A stretch of DNA of 64,000 nt from Eledone cirrhosa (GCA_964016885.1 OZ024753.1:25978001-26042000), one strand, 5' to 3'; positions 1 to 13,222 are shown, counted from the first letter of the stretch. Numbers and translations: made by a program. Notes: generated by a model not told the origin, from the sequence alone.

Positions 1-1464
1 TTCTTTAAGATTTGTTTATTTAAAACATTCAAACAATAAATTGTGTGCTCGATACTAGTGATCAGGTAGAAAAGTAGCGGTGACTTACCTGGCAATGTAG
101 CTACCAGGCTGAAACATTCATACAACCACCACTTAGAAAATACGCGCGTGCACACACATACACGTTTGAATTGTGTGTGTATTATGTATGTGTGTGTATG
201 TGTGCAATAGACAACTGTCAAAATTGTTTATTGAAACATGTAGAAGTTTGTTTGACAAAATTTCAAACTCATATTTCAAAGGATGGCATCTTGGAAAAAA
301 ATAACTAATTTTAATAAAATTCATCCATTTAATATTCCAAGTATCTTTACTTGAATACATAATTTTATACTCACTTAAAGTTAATGTATTAACATATGTG
401 TATATATAGTGAGAGAAAGATGTGGAGAGAGAAAGACGAAAATAACATGTTCAGTGACAGAATACTATATTTTACTTAGTTACATTTTAATTTACTTTAT
501 TTACTACTCGTGATGTTTGTTAAAATATTCTGTAATGTGTTGGTTTTGTACACTGTTGACGTTTCAAATTGATTTTTCTTTAATTTCGTTAGCGTGCTTC
601 TTGGATTGACAGAAATGTGTGTAATATAGCCATATTGGTTATATTACATTTCTTCCTCTTTCCCAATAACACTGAATTCTTAATGTCACATTCCACCTAG
701 CTGTAAAATAGTTATCAGGATATTACTTCCAAACCACGAGAAAATATCGAGACTGTCTACCGTTTACCTGTCAACTAGAAATAGCAGGCTAATTTCCCAC
801 AAGTAATTCGCCGCAATCTTTAAAAGCTATAAAGCACACACTGGGCAATATGGACGCTGATATTGAAAGGATTGGTTTGCTATGTCTAGGGTTGCTAGGA
901 TCATGTATCTGCTCGATAATCTCTCAGCTGGAGCTGATCAGTAGGATAAAAATAATATCTGACATGTTGGTCCCAAGACAAAATGGCAGATCATGATTTT
1001 TGTTTGCTTCAGCGATACTGAGCAACATCTGTGACAGAGAAATCTATAAGAAGCTCGAGTTCCAAAATCGATCCAAATAAAGCTGTAAGGTGCAGTATGA
1101 GATTAGAGGGGGGGTATATGATACAGTAAGCTGGGCAATAAGAGAGAGAGAGAGTAAGAGAAAACTGTCAATAGAAAGATATTAAGATACGTTCCTACAG
1201 TCTAATAACATAATAGATATGTTCAATATTATCGTCTGTCGTAATAAAAGATTGCTATTTATGTAAAGGATATTCACCTCAAACCCTAATAATATTTTAT
1301 TGTCAATTCAACTTCTATATTCGTGGAGACAATTCACTGTTGTATAAAGTAAAAATTGAAAAAACAACTGTTTAACTTTGGTATTTGGTTCAAAACATCT
1401 CGTGTAATATCCTCCTCCCCTAATATTCGATATATTTCAGTCGAAACTTTAGGCACAAAGCCAA

Positions 1465-1645
1465 CAAATTTTGAGGTGGGTGGGTTGATTAAATCGATCC
1501 CAATGTATTACTGGTACTTTATTTTATTAACCCCGTAAGGATGAAAAGCAAAGCTAACCTCGGTGGAATTTGAACTCAGAATGTAAAGGGCCCGAACAAA
1601 TGCCACAAAGCCAGCGACCCAACGATTTTTCCAATCAACCGCCCT
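1465..1645 (-). mobile_element. tRNA-derived SINE (family A), decayed copy
   Basis: Reverse complement carries B-box GAGTTCAAATTCC and the body GCTTTTCATCCTTACGGGG..ATAAAATAAAAGTACCAGT shared with copies at 9.8, 33.1, 39.6 and 45.7 kb. Confidence 0.8.
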
Positions 1646-1984
1646 ATTTCAGTCGGAAATAATAAGGTCTTGTAAACGATGATTTTTTTTTTTCTCGTTT
1701 TTTCATTACATCTAACCCCTGAAAATTGTGACAGCAATGTATTATGTTAATTTGCACGACTTTATATTGCTTGCTTTGCTAAAACATTGTAATAACCGAC
1801 ATGCTAGAAATAAGCAATTCTCCTTCTGATTGTATCTCAATGTATATATGCATGTTACTTGCACAGCAATCCTAGCACAACTACAGCTGTTTAACTCTGA
1901 CAAAAACATGTTTTACCGCGTGACTAACTGATCAAATGAGGGAAGGAGAAAGATACTAAAAGAAACTCTTTAGCAATTTCGTAA

Positions 1985-2177
1985 TACGAGGGTCGGCTAA
2001 AACCTCTGACAAAGATACTCTCATGGAATGACCAAACGAATTTTATTTTTCAATATAGTCCCTGGAAAAAAAAACACTGCAGATATTAATGACAAGAGTT
2101 GAAGTTAATGCTTGCAAGATTTCACAGCACTAGCATCATTCCTTCATAGTTTATGGACGTTTTAGCCCACCCTCGTC
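1985..2177. mobile_element. Tc1/mariner-like MITE
   Basis: Terminal inverted repeats ACGAGGGTCGGCTAAA / TTTAGCCCACCCTCGT with TA on the left; internal CTCATGGAATGACCAAA recurs at ~5.1-5.3, 8.6-8.9 and 45.6 kb. Confidence 0.65.
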
Positions 2178-2559
2178 TAAAGTGACCTAGAAAAAAATAT
2201 TTAATTTAGAAATTATATAAATCCAACATCGAACTAAACCTAATACGAGAAGAAAACCAATAAAACAAAAGATTGACACAGAAATATTAACCAGGTCTTA
2301 TCTGTTCCCTCAGTTTTAGGTATTGGCATTCGTGAAACAATCTTTGTAGCCAATTCCAGATCATTAAATTACCTTTCTTTTGTTGATCAAGTCTGTTTAT
2401 TGATAATGGGGTACTTTAAAATAAAACGTCCTCCTGCTTCAGTTATGAAAGACGATGTGATTTTCACCCACAAAATTCCCCTCCGGGGAAAGGCGTTTTT
2501 ATTATAGACCAGCAGTCGCTCATGCATACCAGTCTCTCCTTCTCCAAGCCACAGATGGC

Positions 2560-2695
2560 ACCAGTAACGTTGCAACTGATTTATTTCTACAGCTGAGTAA
2601 ACTGGAGCAACGTGAAATAAAGCTCAAGAACACAACATACAGTCCGGTCTGGGAATCGAATTCACAACCTCACTAGTTTAAGCCATGCGCCTTAA
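2560..2695 (-). mobile_element. SINE family B (CORE-like domain)
   Basis: ACTGGAGCAACGTGAAATAAAG..CTCAAGAACACAAC followed by GGAATCGAA (B-box on minus strand); similar copies at 4.15-4.27 and 7.85-8.09 kb. Confidence 0.6.
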
Positions 2696-4139
2696 CGCAC
2701 CCCGAGTGTTCCACCTATATTTCAAGCTATCATTAAAACCCAGTATAAATATCCCTTCCATCAACTAAACTATTTCTATTAGAAGATATTTTGTTTCTAT
2801 CAAGTCAATAAAAGTGGCGGAAAACTCGACATAAAATTGGCAAATAATTACAGACCATCGAATATTTTTTAACACGGCGTTCCTCAAAAGATATATTTGC
2901 TGACAGACATTTATAATTAATCAATTTTAGTCAGAATTTCTTTCATATATACTGAAACCAATTTGAAGTAAACTTGTAAAGGAAAGAACAAAAAGGAAAG
3001 TGGTGTATTGTTTGTGTAGGTGAATCTAGAAACCAAGCATTTTTCTCTAAAATATCATAATTGCTTTCATTATTTTCATTCTTGGAATATTTATTTTAAA
3101 AAAAAATAATTTTGAGAGAGAGGCTTGTCGATAAAATAGATCCCAATATTTCACTGGTATTTTATATTTCAAATTGTTTATTAGTCACGTCAGTTTGATA
3201 TTTAGTTTTCGCCCCAAAATGCAATGAGTTGATAGAATTACAGAGCTTCCGTTACAGTTTTTGGATTAGAGGCGGCGGGGGCCTAAGTATATATACTGTA
3301 CATGTGTATTATTATTAGCTCACATTTTTATAACCAAGACGAGACTAAGAAAGAAATTGAAAACCTGATCAAACTAACATATTTAGAGTCATTAGTAAAT
3401 CAGTGAAGTAAAAACCAAAGCACAAGTATATTGAAATAAATTATTGGAAGAGCTTAGACCTCTTCGCAAAGGAATATGAAAGACGTCAAACCGATGACAT
3501 ATCACATAGGTAAGACAAAGACCACATAACAAATTAACACCTTTCACATTACAGAGAGGGGGCATTATAATAACATGGGGGACAATTCTACATTCACAAG
3601 CAACAACACTACAAAAGCCTCAGAAACAAAGAGGTACATTAAGGGGCGTAATACCTGCTTTAGTGGGATTTTCTCTGAATACCTTCTGCTGTCCAGCTCT
3701 CCTGGGAGTTCCTTACCATTGGAAATAGAATATACTAACATATTATTTTTGTATATTAGTAGCACTGACAGATAAAGGTTGAAACAGTTGCTTGAGTGAG
3801 AGTTTCTTCTCTGAAGACTTTCCGCTGTCCAGCTCTCCTGGGAGTTCCCTACCACTGATGGGGCAACAGAAATTCGTATAAAATCTTTGAAAAAAGAAAA
3901 GTATATTCTGTTGATCGTGATAGTGTTGGTGATGATAGTAGTGTCGTTTGTTTAAGCGGCGAGTTATGCAGTTATTCGAGCAATCGAACAGCCTGCTCTT
4001 GAAATTAACGTGTAAGTCGCTATGCATTCGATAGATACGTGCCCCATAGTGTAATTCTCAGGGAGAATTACACTATGGGTGAATTCACTCAGGGAGAATT
4101 CACTGTGACACAATGCTGAGTTACATTACAATTACAACA

Positions 4140-4275
4140 TTATTTATACCAGCAGAGTGAACTGAAGCAAGGTGAAATAAAACTCCTATCTCAAGGATAC
4201 GACGCACCCCGAGTGAAGTGGAACTCTCTACCTTCCGATCGGGAAACGAACAACCGTAACCTCAAGCCACGCACC
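4140..4275 (-). mobile_element. SINE family B, decayed
   Basis: GAGTGAACTGAAGCAAGGTGAAATAAAA..CTCAAGGATACGAC, similar to 2.6 kb and 8.0 kb copies. Confidence 0.5.
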
Positions 4276-4524
4276 ATTAGTATATGTTGGTGCAATTGTC
4301 ATGAAACACGGCAATATCTGCAAACCAAACATTGTTGGATTAACTATTAGGAGACAGATATATTCATGTTTATTTATATAGCAATGCTATGTTCTTTAAA
4401 TAGTAGTCGGTCATGTATTGGTTGGGGGGGGGGGGGGTTATCATTTTAATGCACAGTTTTTATGTATGTAGTTTCTGTTTAAAGATAAACGATGTGTTTC
4501 TGAAGCCCTGAATACTAAATATAA

Positions 4525-4705
4525 TTGTTTCTACTATAGGCACACGGCCAGCAATTTGAAGGGGCTGGGAAAGACGATTCAATTGACCCGGTGCATTACT
4601 GGTGGTTTATTTTATGAAAGGCAAAGCTAATCTAGACGGGAATTGAACTCAGACCATAAAGGGACGTTACTATATATCACAAAACTTTGTCCGACGTTCT
4701 ACCGT
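4525..4705 (-). mobile_element. SINE family A, decayed
   Basis: ATGAAAGGCAAAG..GGGAATTGAACTCAGA..TAAAGGGACG motif. Confidence 0.65.
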
Positions 4706-4959
4706 TACCGTTGAGTCCTTCATTAACATAACTAACAGGATCTAAAATGGGGGTCACATTCATTGATTATGTTGAGTTTTCTCATATGTTAGTAAGTTGT
4801 AAATACATCTCTTTCTGTTTACCTCTTCCGCTCTTATGCTGTCTCCATTTTGTCAGTGACCCCATGGTAGTCTAAATATTGGTGTGAAACACTGTGGCAT
4901 CTCTGTATGTGCAGGTGAGAAGGATTTTATATATTCTATATTACCGAACGTTAAAATAG

Positions 4960-5292
4960 GAGCGTCGGCTGAAAGGTTCATAAGCTGATTATGCAGGATT
5001 GATGCTAGAGCAGGCATTAATTTCAACTCATCTGCATTGTTTCTTTCGAAGGACAATGTTGAAAAATAAAACTTCATTTAGTCATTCCATGAGAGTATCT
5101 TGGTCAATCTATGAACTGCTCAGCCTATGAAGGAGTTATACTAGAGCTGTGAAATATTGCATGCATTAATTACAACACTTCTTATTAATAATTGCATTGT
5201 TTCTTTCAAAGGATAATGTTAAAAAATAAATCTCATTTGGTCATTCCATGAGAGCATCTTGGTAGCCTATCAACTTTTCAGTCGACCCTTGT
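4960..5292 (-). mobile_element. mariner-like MITE remnants (two partial copies)
   Basis: Two copies of GTCATTCCATGAGAG(T/C)ATCTTGGT, the reverse complement of the 2.0 kb MITE interior. Confidence 0.5.
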
Positions 5293-5484
5293 ATATGTTC
5301 CATCTCTTAGTCTCACATCTTTTTTATCAAAGAATTGATATTACTGCCATACTTTTATAGATGTTTACCACGTGAACTAGGATAAATATTAATAAAGGTA
5401 TATAATATTTTTATATAAGGGTTCTGTGAGACATGAAAAATATTTCAAGGGTAAAAAGGTTGAGAAACGCTGATTTCTATATTG

Positions 5485-6201
5485 CTATTGTGAAAGAGCC
5501 TTTGACTTTCCTGCTGTAGATTCTCCCACTGCAGGTGGTCTCTCTGTAGGTGGTCTCTCTGTAGGTGGTCTCTCTGTAGGTGGTATCACCGTAGGTGGTC
5601 TCTCTGTAGGTGGTCTCTCTGTAGGTGGTATCACCGTAGGTGGTCTCTCTGTAGGTGGTCTCTCTGTAGGTGGTATCACTGTAGGTGGTCTCTCTGTAGG
5701 TGGTCTCTCTGTAGGTGGTATCACTGTAGGTGGTCTCTCTGTAGGTGGTATCACTGTAGGTGGTATCACTGTAGGTGGTCTCTCTGTAGGTGGTATCACT
5801 GTAGGTGGTCTCTCTGTAGGTGGTATCACCGTAGGTGGTCTCTCTGTAGGTGGTCTCTCTGTAGGTGGTATCACTGTAGGTGGTCTCTCTGTAGGTGGTC
5901 TCTCTGTAGGTGGTCTCTCTGTAGGTGGTCTCTCTGTAGGTGGTATCACTGTAGGTGGTCTCTCTGTAGGTGGTATCACTGTAGGTGGTCTCTCTGTAGG
6001 TGGTCTCTCTGTAGGTGGTCTCTCTGTAGGTGGTATCACTGTAGGTGGTATCACTGTAGGTGGTATCACTGTAGGTGGTCTCTCTGTAGGTGGTCTCTCT
6101 GTAGGTGGTATCACTGTAGGTGGTATCACTGTAGGTGGTATCACTGTAGGTGGTATCACTGTAAGTTCTCCGTTGATATTCCTGGCTGTTTTTCTTGCCA
6201 T
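5485..6201 (-). CDS. possible Pro/Thr-rich (mucin-like) terminal exon, unproven
   Basis: 238-aa ORF with non-repetitive flanks; frame stays open upstream to ~6288; a TTTTAG acceptor-like site near 6334-6339 would join it only if the 7-C homopolymer at 6283-6289 is one base short. Confidence 0.25.
   Translation of the reverse strand: MARKTARNINGELTVIPPTVIPPTVIPPTVIPPTERPPTERPPTVIPPTVIPPTVIPPTERPPTERPPTERPPTVIPPTERPPTVIPPTERPPTERPPTERPPTERPPTVIPPTERPPTERPPTVIPPTERPPTVIPPTERPPTVIPPTVIPPTERPPTVIPPTERPPTERPPTVIPPTERPPTERPPTVIPPTERPPTERPPTVIPPTERPPTERPPTERPPAVGESTAGKSKALSQ
5529..6163. repeat. 15-bp minisatellite with two unit types (TGTAGGTGGTCTCTC / TGTAGGTGGTATCAC), ~42 units
   Basis: Directly visible; encodes PPTER/PPTVI on the minus strand. 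Confidence 0.95.
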
Positions 6202-7199
6202 TTCTAATGCTGTTTGCTGGTGTTTGTCAATATTTGTTATTAGTTCTGATAATATTTTTAGTGTTATTTTTAGGGTAGCGTTCCCCCCCTAATTGCTCTC
6301 TTTATAAAACATTGTAATTCGTGTTTCTCTCCTCTAAAATATATTTAATTTTACTCGTTGACAGAAATTAAATTTGGAATGCAAGGTGGCAAAAATGCTA
6401 AACAATAGTAAATTTAGGCCTAATCGCTTCTCATTAAAGAGACTTTTTACATAAGCAATATCTATTGTTTTACAATCTCATTGCAGAAGTCGACATTTTC
6501 TGCTAATGCTTTAACGATTTTCTGAACAAAAAAAAGTAATTCTCTCTTAACGTAAAATAACCTTAGATGTTTTTATTAAATGTGAAAGAATTTTCTTTTA
6601 AAAATACATGATTATTTTAAATTAGTTTCAGTACAACTTCAGTGAAACAACAAAGAACTTATACCCATTGGAACTCAAACAATTATCCAAAATGCGAAGA
6701 AATTTGTTTTACATATCCGACTCGGTTAACAATTTTCAGAAATAATTTTCCAGAACCACCGTGACATACACATTACATCTATTTGGGATGAATATTGAAA
6801 ATGTTCCCTTATTTCATGATAATACATTTCGACCCAGCAAAGCAGGTGATATATTAATAGTTTAAACAGATCTTTCGTTGGCCTATAATTGAAGAATTAC
6901 CTCTGTGACTGTGAAAGTTTGTGACTTAGGTGTTCACCTCAGGACCTCATGTCGTGATTTCCATTCCCGGAGGTCTTTTGTGTAATTGGGCAAGACAGTT
7001 TCTTATACCCCAGTCCACTCTACTACCAAAAGATGAGTTATGCCTATAATCTAAAGGGAGAGTCTTGGCACATAATGTGTCATGCTGAATCTCCCTGATA
7101 ATTTCGGTATGGGGACATGTGTCTATAAACTTCTCAGCTACTTACACGTTGATCGTACCACTGAAACATTCATCGTCGGAACCAACGGAGGTCCTACAC

Positions 7200-7655
7200 T
7201 ACCACTACTACTACTGCTGCTGCTACTACTGCTACTACTACTGATGCTACTACTGCTGCTGCTGCTACTACTACTGTTGCTACTACTACTACTGTTGCTG
7301 CTACTACTACTGCTACTCCTGCTGCTGCTACTATTACTACTACTACTGCTACTACTACTATTGCTACTGCTGCTACTACTGCTATTGTTGTTGCTGCTGC
7401 TGCTGCCACTACTACTGCTGCTGCTGCTACTACTGCTGCTACTACTGCTACTACTACTATTGTTGCTGCTTGCTGCTACTACTACTATTGTTGCTGCTGC
7501 TTCTACTGCTACTACTACTATTGTTGCTGCTACTACTGCTGCTGCTGCTACTACTACTACTATTGTTGCTGCTGCTGCTACTACTGCTGCTACTACTGCT
7601 ACTACTACTATTGTTGCTGCTTGCTACTACTACTACTATTGTTGCTGCTGCTACG
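7200..7655. repeat. compound trinucleotide microsatellite (CTA/CTG/TTG)n
   Basis: Directly visible; explains the poly-L, poly-S and poly-V ORFs. Confidence 0.95.
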
Positions 7656-7849
7656 ACGACGCTTGCAGTAAGGAGACACCGTGAAAGGTGGATGTATCTG
7701 TTATAGATTAATTCCGTCAACCAACAACAAGGTTTCCATTAATACGAGGGCGGTGTATTGGCAGTAATAGGTAGAGTGTCGAATAACATGCTCTGTAACA
7801 TAGTGTACCAGTAACGTACTAAAGAGTCTGTCTCAACCCCGGAAACTCA

Positions 7850-8095
7850 TCATACCAGTGCTTATCCCGATATCTGTGGGGTGAAGCGACTGAGAGTAAA
7901 AGACTCCCCGATTCCTGAGCAGGACTCCAGTCTATCGAATGGTTAAACCCCCAAATACAACTGGTACTCATTTTCAGTTGAGTTTACTGGAACAAAGTGA
8001 AATGAAATGTTTTGCTCAATAGTACAACACACAAACAGCCCTGGAATCGAACCCACGACATTATGATGGTAAGTCCTACACCTTTACCACTGAAC
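7850..8095 (-). mobile_element. SINE family B
   Basis: CTGGTACTCATTTTCAGTTGAGTTTACTGGAACAAAGTGAAATGAAATGTTTTGCTCAA..GGAATCGAACCCACGAC. Confidence 0.6.
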
Positions 8096-8589
8096 CTAAA
8101 TCAGAATCCTTTATGTATTTTTGTATCTACTTTGTTTTAATCTTTATAACTCTTACCTAATGTGTAATCCAGTTCTACGGTGTTACTACAGAAGGTTTGA
8201 AAGAATTCTTCTGAAAACTAATCTAATATTTAAGGCAGATATTCTTTGTTCATTGTTTATCCTGTTGTTTACCTCTCATGTGTTTCCTTATAATGACTAG
8301 ATTATGTAATCTGGCTTATTTTAGTTAACTACTTAGAGTGTCATATCTTTGGTGACTACTTCTGTAACATGACAGTGTTCGTGTATATACCCATCTTCTC
8401 GAGCTTCAGTAAATACAGCCATGAAACCTACTACACTTCTAACAGATACTGATAGAGTGCAATATTTAATTTCTGAGCTCATCAGTTATAGTGTTGATAT
8501 AGAGAGGCGGGGCTGCTGTTTGTTGTTGTTTTTAAACCCTTAAATTTACATTTGAAATTCCTCTAAAATGGTGCGAAGCTTTGACTGAG

Positions 8590-8930
8590 CAGTTCATAGG
8601 CTCAAAAGTTCATAAGCTGACCAAGATACTATCGTGGAATGACCAAATGAGATTTATTTTTTAACATAGTCCCCGGAAAGAAACAATGCAGTTATTAATA
8701 AGAAGAGTTGAAATTAATGCATGCAAGATTTCTCAGCTCTAGCATCCCTCCTGCATAGTCAGCCTATGACCAAGATACACTCATGGAATGACCAAATATA
8801 ATTTATTTTTCAACATAGTCCCTGGAGAGAAACAATGCAGTTATTAAGAGTTGAAATTAAAGATGCAAGATTGCACAGCTCTAGCATCCCTCCTGCATAG
8901 TCAGCCTATGGAGGTTTCACCCCACCCTCC
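8590..8930 (+). mobile_element. mariner-like MITE with internal tandem duplication
   Basis: Two consecutive ~150-bp copies of GACCAAGATAC..TGGAATGACCAAAT..GCATAGTCAGCCTATG, ending in TIR-like CCCACCCTCCTA. Confidence 0.6.
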
Positions 8931-9084
8931 TAATACTTATAAGAATCATATCTAAGATTAATCTTCGATTCTGATTTAGGAAGAAAGCCAGTAATTTCTT
9001 GGGTTAACTCTATTCCATGACCCCCAGGGGTCAGCTATTTTATCTTATCCAGTAAGAAATTTGAGTTCGGCGATATTTGAGCTG

Positions 9085-9212
9085 AGAACAGGGCCAGCAA
9101 TTTTGTGGGGAAGGAAAAGTCGAATAAATCTACCCCAGTACGTAACTGGTACTTTATTTTATTGACTCCGTAGGGATGAAAGGCAAAGTAGACCTCGGCG
9201 GTATTTGAACTC
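9085..9212 (-). mobile_element. SINE family A, partial
   Basis: CTGGTACTTTATTTTATTGACTCCGTAGGGATGAAAGGCAAAGTAGACCTCGGCGGTATTTGAACTCA. Confidence 0.8.
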
Positions 9213-9596
9213 ACACACACACATAACACTCAAACACATACACACACACCACATATACACACCACATACATACACCACATACACACACATACAGGAACCC
9301 CACACCACATCACACACAGGCACCACACACATACACACCACACCACACACAGCACACCACACACAGCACACCACGCACAACACACACCACACCACACACA
9401 CCACACCTCACACACACCTCACACACACACCACACACACACTAAACACCCCGCACACCACGCCACACACACCACACACCACACCACACAACACACCACAC
9501 ACCACACACCACACACACACCACACACCTCACACACACCACACATACACCTCACACACCACACACCACACACACCTCAGGCACACTACACACACAC
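9212..9596. repeat. degenerate (CA)/(CAC) low-complexity tract
   Basis: Directly visible. Confidence 0.9.
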
Positions 9597-9773
9597 GTGG
9601 ATATTCCGAAGACCATCTGCCGGCAATATAGAAAGTATAAAGACGATATACCAGATTGTGATAATGAAAATATTTGAGACAAAATATATTCTGTCTTTCC
9701 TGCAAACATTCTACTTTTCAGAACTAAACATATAATGACTATTTCAAATATTTAATCCACACATTAAACACCA

Positions 9774-9958
9774 TTGGCAGTATCGGTAGAGGGTCGGACA
9801 CCATGCTTAGCAGCAAAGAGTGACGGTCCTTTATGATCTGAGTTCAAATCCCGCCGAGGTAAACTTTGTCTTTCATCCTTACGGAGTCGATAAAATAAAG
9901 TACCAGTAATACAATAGGGTTATTGGTGGCCTTGTGCCAAAAGTAGAAATCGTTATTT
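9774..9958 (+). mobile_element. SINE family A, near full length
   Basis: A-box-like TGGCAGTATCGG, B-box GAGTTCAAATCC, conserved TTTCATCCTTACGGAGTCGATAAAATAAAGTACCAG. Confidence 0.85.
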
Positions 9959-10139
9959 CTATAAATGTCTAGCATGTCAGATACTTGCTTTCACCTCCAT
10001 ATCAGACCCAATTTCTTTATCAAACCCTTTTTGGGACAGATATGGCCGCCACAATATCTAATTCCACATATCTCTCTATGCGGCAGTTTTTTTTTATGAT
10101 CTCTTGTGACGCTAAACTACGCCATTTGCAGACTGTGCA

Positions 10140-10445
10140 TTAGCATGTGATATCTCTCTCTACAAAGTTTGGTCATCAACAGCAGAGTTCAAAGAGCAAA
10201 GAACAAGTCCAGTCCATAAGTTGACATTATCAAGCCATTGATTTGGCTGCCGGCCTCTGCTTCTCTTACCAACCAACCTTCCTTCCAGGCAACTCACATC
10301 ACGAGTTGGTCTTTTTATATGGCCGTATAGTTTGAGTACTCTTGACTTGACAATTGATGTAATTGGTCTAAGTTTGGTAATGTTGAGCAGCTCACTGATA
10401 CAGATACGGTCGCTCAGCCGCTTGCCAGTCATAAGTCTCATGCTG
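10140..10445 (-). mobile_element. RTE-clade LINE, 3' fragment
   Basis: ORF 10160-10441 has RVLKLYGHIKR..LEGRLVGKRSRGRQPNQWLDNV, typical of RTE ORF C-termini. Confidence 0.8.
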
Positions 10446-11095
10446 TCGTTCTGGAATGGAGAGAGCTTTCTTTCGTTATTTGGGTATACATTCTATATTC
10501 TTTGGTTCTATGCTGCTTGAACTCCTTAGTTGAGAGAACGACAGGGAAATATGACTGTTCAATAAGATAAAGCCCTTTGTATTTGAAGGTTTTCACGCTC
10601 ATGTTGGAGTATTTAATATTCTGTGGATTGTACAAACACCATTTTCAATCTTTCAGAATTGTATCAAATTTCATAAACAATTATGTTTCCCTATAAGAGA
10701 TATCATGATGAAAGATACTTTAATAAATATGCTACATAACATTACTTAATATTCGGAGTTCCCCGGTCTGCCAGGAATTGTGACCGGCAGATAGTATCAG
10801 CAATGGAAAGACCAATATAAACATTGTTGCCTTAGATTGGACGTGTTCACCCCTAATGTTGAGGTTATTCAACACTATTACCCCTACTAAACATGAACAC
10901 TGTGATTTATCTCCCTTTATTTCAATTTCAATACTATTACCCCTACTAAACACGAGCACTGTGATTTGTCTCCCCTTATTTCAATTTCAACACAATTAAC
11001 CCAACTGCACTCGGATTGATGGTCACTGTTTTAAAACATAAAAGTTTAAATATTTAATGAATCCTATATTTATCATTCATTTTCCCGGAACTTGT

Positions 11096-13222
11096 TCAGT
11101 CAGTCGTTGGGGTGCCACTCTAGATGTGCCACTGGTACAGTCAGTCGTTGGGGTGTCACACTAGATGTGCCACTGGTACAGTCAGTCGTTGGGGTGCCAC
11201 TCTAGATGTGTCACTGGTACAGTCAGTCGTTGGGGTGCCACTCTAGATGTGCCACTGGTACAGTCAGTCGTTGGGGTGCCACTCTAGATGTGTCACTGGT
11301 ACAGTCAGTCGTTGGGGTCCCACTCTAGATGTGCCACTGGTACAGCCAGTCGTTGGGGTGCCACTCTAGATGTGTCACTGGTACAGCCAGTTGTTGGTGT
11401 GCCAATCTAGATGTGTCACTGGTACAGCCAGTTGTTGGTGTGCCACTCTAGATGTGTCACTGGTATAGCCAGTTGTTGGTGTTCCACTCTAGATGTGTCA
11501 CTGGTACAGCCAGTTGTTGGGGGACAATCTAGATGTGCCACGGGTTCAGTCAGTCGTTGGGGTGCAACTCTAGATGTGTCACTGGTACAGCCAGTTGTTG
11601 GGGTGCCACTCTAGATGTACCACTGGTACAGCCAGTCGTTGGGGTGCCACTCTAGATGTGCCACTGGTACAGCCAGTCGTTGGGGTGCAACTGTAGATGT
11701 GCCACTGGTACAGCCAATCGTTGGGGTACCACTCTAGATGTGCCACTGGTACAATCAGTCGTTGGGGTTCCACACTAGATGTGCCACTGCTACAGTCAGT
11801 CGTTGGGGTGCCACTCTAGATGTGCCACTGGTACAGCCAGTCGTTGGGGTGCCACTCTAGATGTGCCACTGGTACAGCCAGTCGTTGGGGTGCCACTCAA
11901 GATGTGCCACTGGTACAATCAGTCGTTGGGGTTCCACTCTAGATGTGCCACTGGTACAGTCAGTCGTTGGGGTGCCACTCTAGATGTGTCACTGGTACAG
12001 TCAGTCGTTGGGGTGCCAATCTAGATGTGCCACTGGTACAGCCAGTTGTTGGTGTGCCAATCTAGATGTGCCACTGGTACAGCCAGTTGTTGGTGTGCCA
12101 ATCTAGATGTGTCACTGGTACAGCCAGTTGTTGGTGTGCCACTCTAGGTGTGCCACTGGTACAGCCAGTTGTTGGTGTGCCACTCTAAATGTGCCACTGG
12201 TACAGCCAGTTGTTGGTGTGCCACTCTAGATGTGTCACTGGTACAGCCAGTTGTTGGGGGACAATCTAGATGTGCCACGGGTTCAGTCAGTCGTTGGGGT
12301 GCCACTCTAGATGTGTCACTGGTACAGTCAGTTGTTGGGGTGCCACACTAGATGTGCCACTGGTACAATCAGTCGTTGGGGTGCCACTCTAGATGTGCCA
12401 CTGGTACAGCCAGTTGTTGGTGTGCCACTCTAGATGTGTCACTGGTACAGCCAGTTGTTGGTGTGCCACTCTAAATGTGCCACTAGTACAGCCAGTTGTT
12501 GGTGTGCCACTCTAAATGTGCCACTGGTACAGCCAGTTGTTGGTGTGCCACTCTAAATGTGCCACTGGTACAGCCAGTTGTTGGTGTGCCACTCTAAATG
12601 TGCCACTAGTACAGCCAGTTGTTGGTGTGCCACTCTAAATGTGCCACTGGTACAGCCAGTTGTTGGTGTGCCACTCTAGATGTGTCACTGGTACAGCCAG
12701 TTGTTGGGGGACAATCTAGATGTGCCACGGGTTCAGTCAGTCGTTGGGGTGCCACTCTAGATGTGTCACTGGTACAGCCAGTCGTTGGTGTGCCACTCTA
12801 GATGTGCCACTAGTACAGCCAGTCGTTGGGGTGCCACTGTAGATGTGCCACTGGTACAGCCAGTCGTTGGGGTACCACTCTAGATGTGCCACTGGTACAA
12901 TCAGTCGTTGGGGTGCCACTCTAGATGTGCCACTGGTACAGCCAGTCGTTGGGGTTCCACACTAGATGTGCCACTGCTACAGTCAGTCGTTGAGGTGCCA
13001 CTCTAGATGTGCCACTGGTACAGCCAGTCGTTGGGGTGCCACTCTAGATGTGCCACTGGTACAGCCAGTCGTTGGGGTGTCACACTAGATGTGCCACTGG
13101 CAAGGTCAGTCGTTGGGGTGCCACTGGCAAGGTCAGTCGTTGGGGTGCCACTGGTGCAGCCAGTCGTTGGGGTACCACTTTAGATGTGTCACTCGGGTCG
13201 CCAGTCGTTGGGGTGCCTACCT
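11096..13222. repeat. 41-bp minisatellite, ~51 copies
   Basis: Unit CAGTCAGTCGTTGGGGTGCCACTCTAGATGTGCCACTGGTA; period 41 measured at 11101/11142. Confidence 0.95.

Noticed and set aside
85-95. ACTTACCTGGCA (U1 snRNA 5' end or minus-strand splice donor)
   Set aside because: The rest of U1 is absent and no supportable exon lies next to it
3645-3860. Direct duplication GCTGTCCAGCTCTCCTGGGAGTTCC with overlapping short ORFs
   Set aside because: Only two diverged copies and no recognisable product
7082-7720. Poly-Leu, poly-Ser and poly-Val ORFs
   Set aside because: Trinucleotide microsatellite
9774-9860. tRNA gene (A and B boxes)
   Set aside because: No cloverleaf; it is the head of a multi-copy SINE
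10732-10990. ORF with signal-peptide-like MFILVFPLLILSAG and a ~53-bp duplication
   Set aside because: Short, no convincing splice donor, no homology recognised
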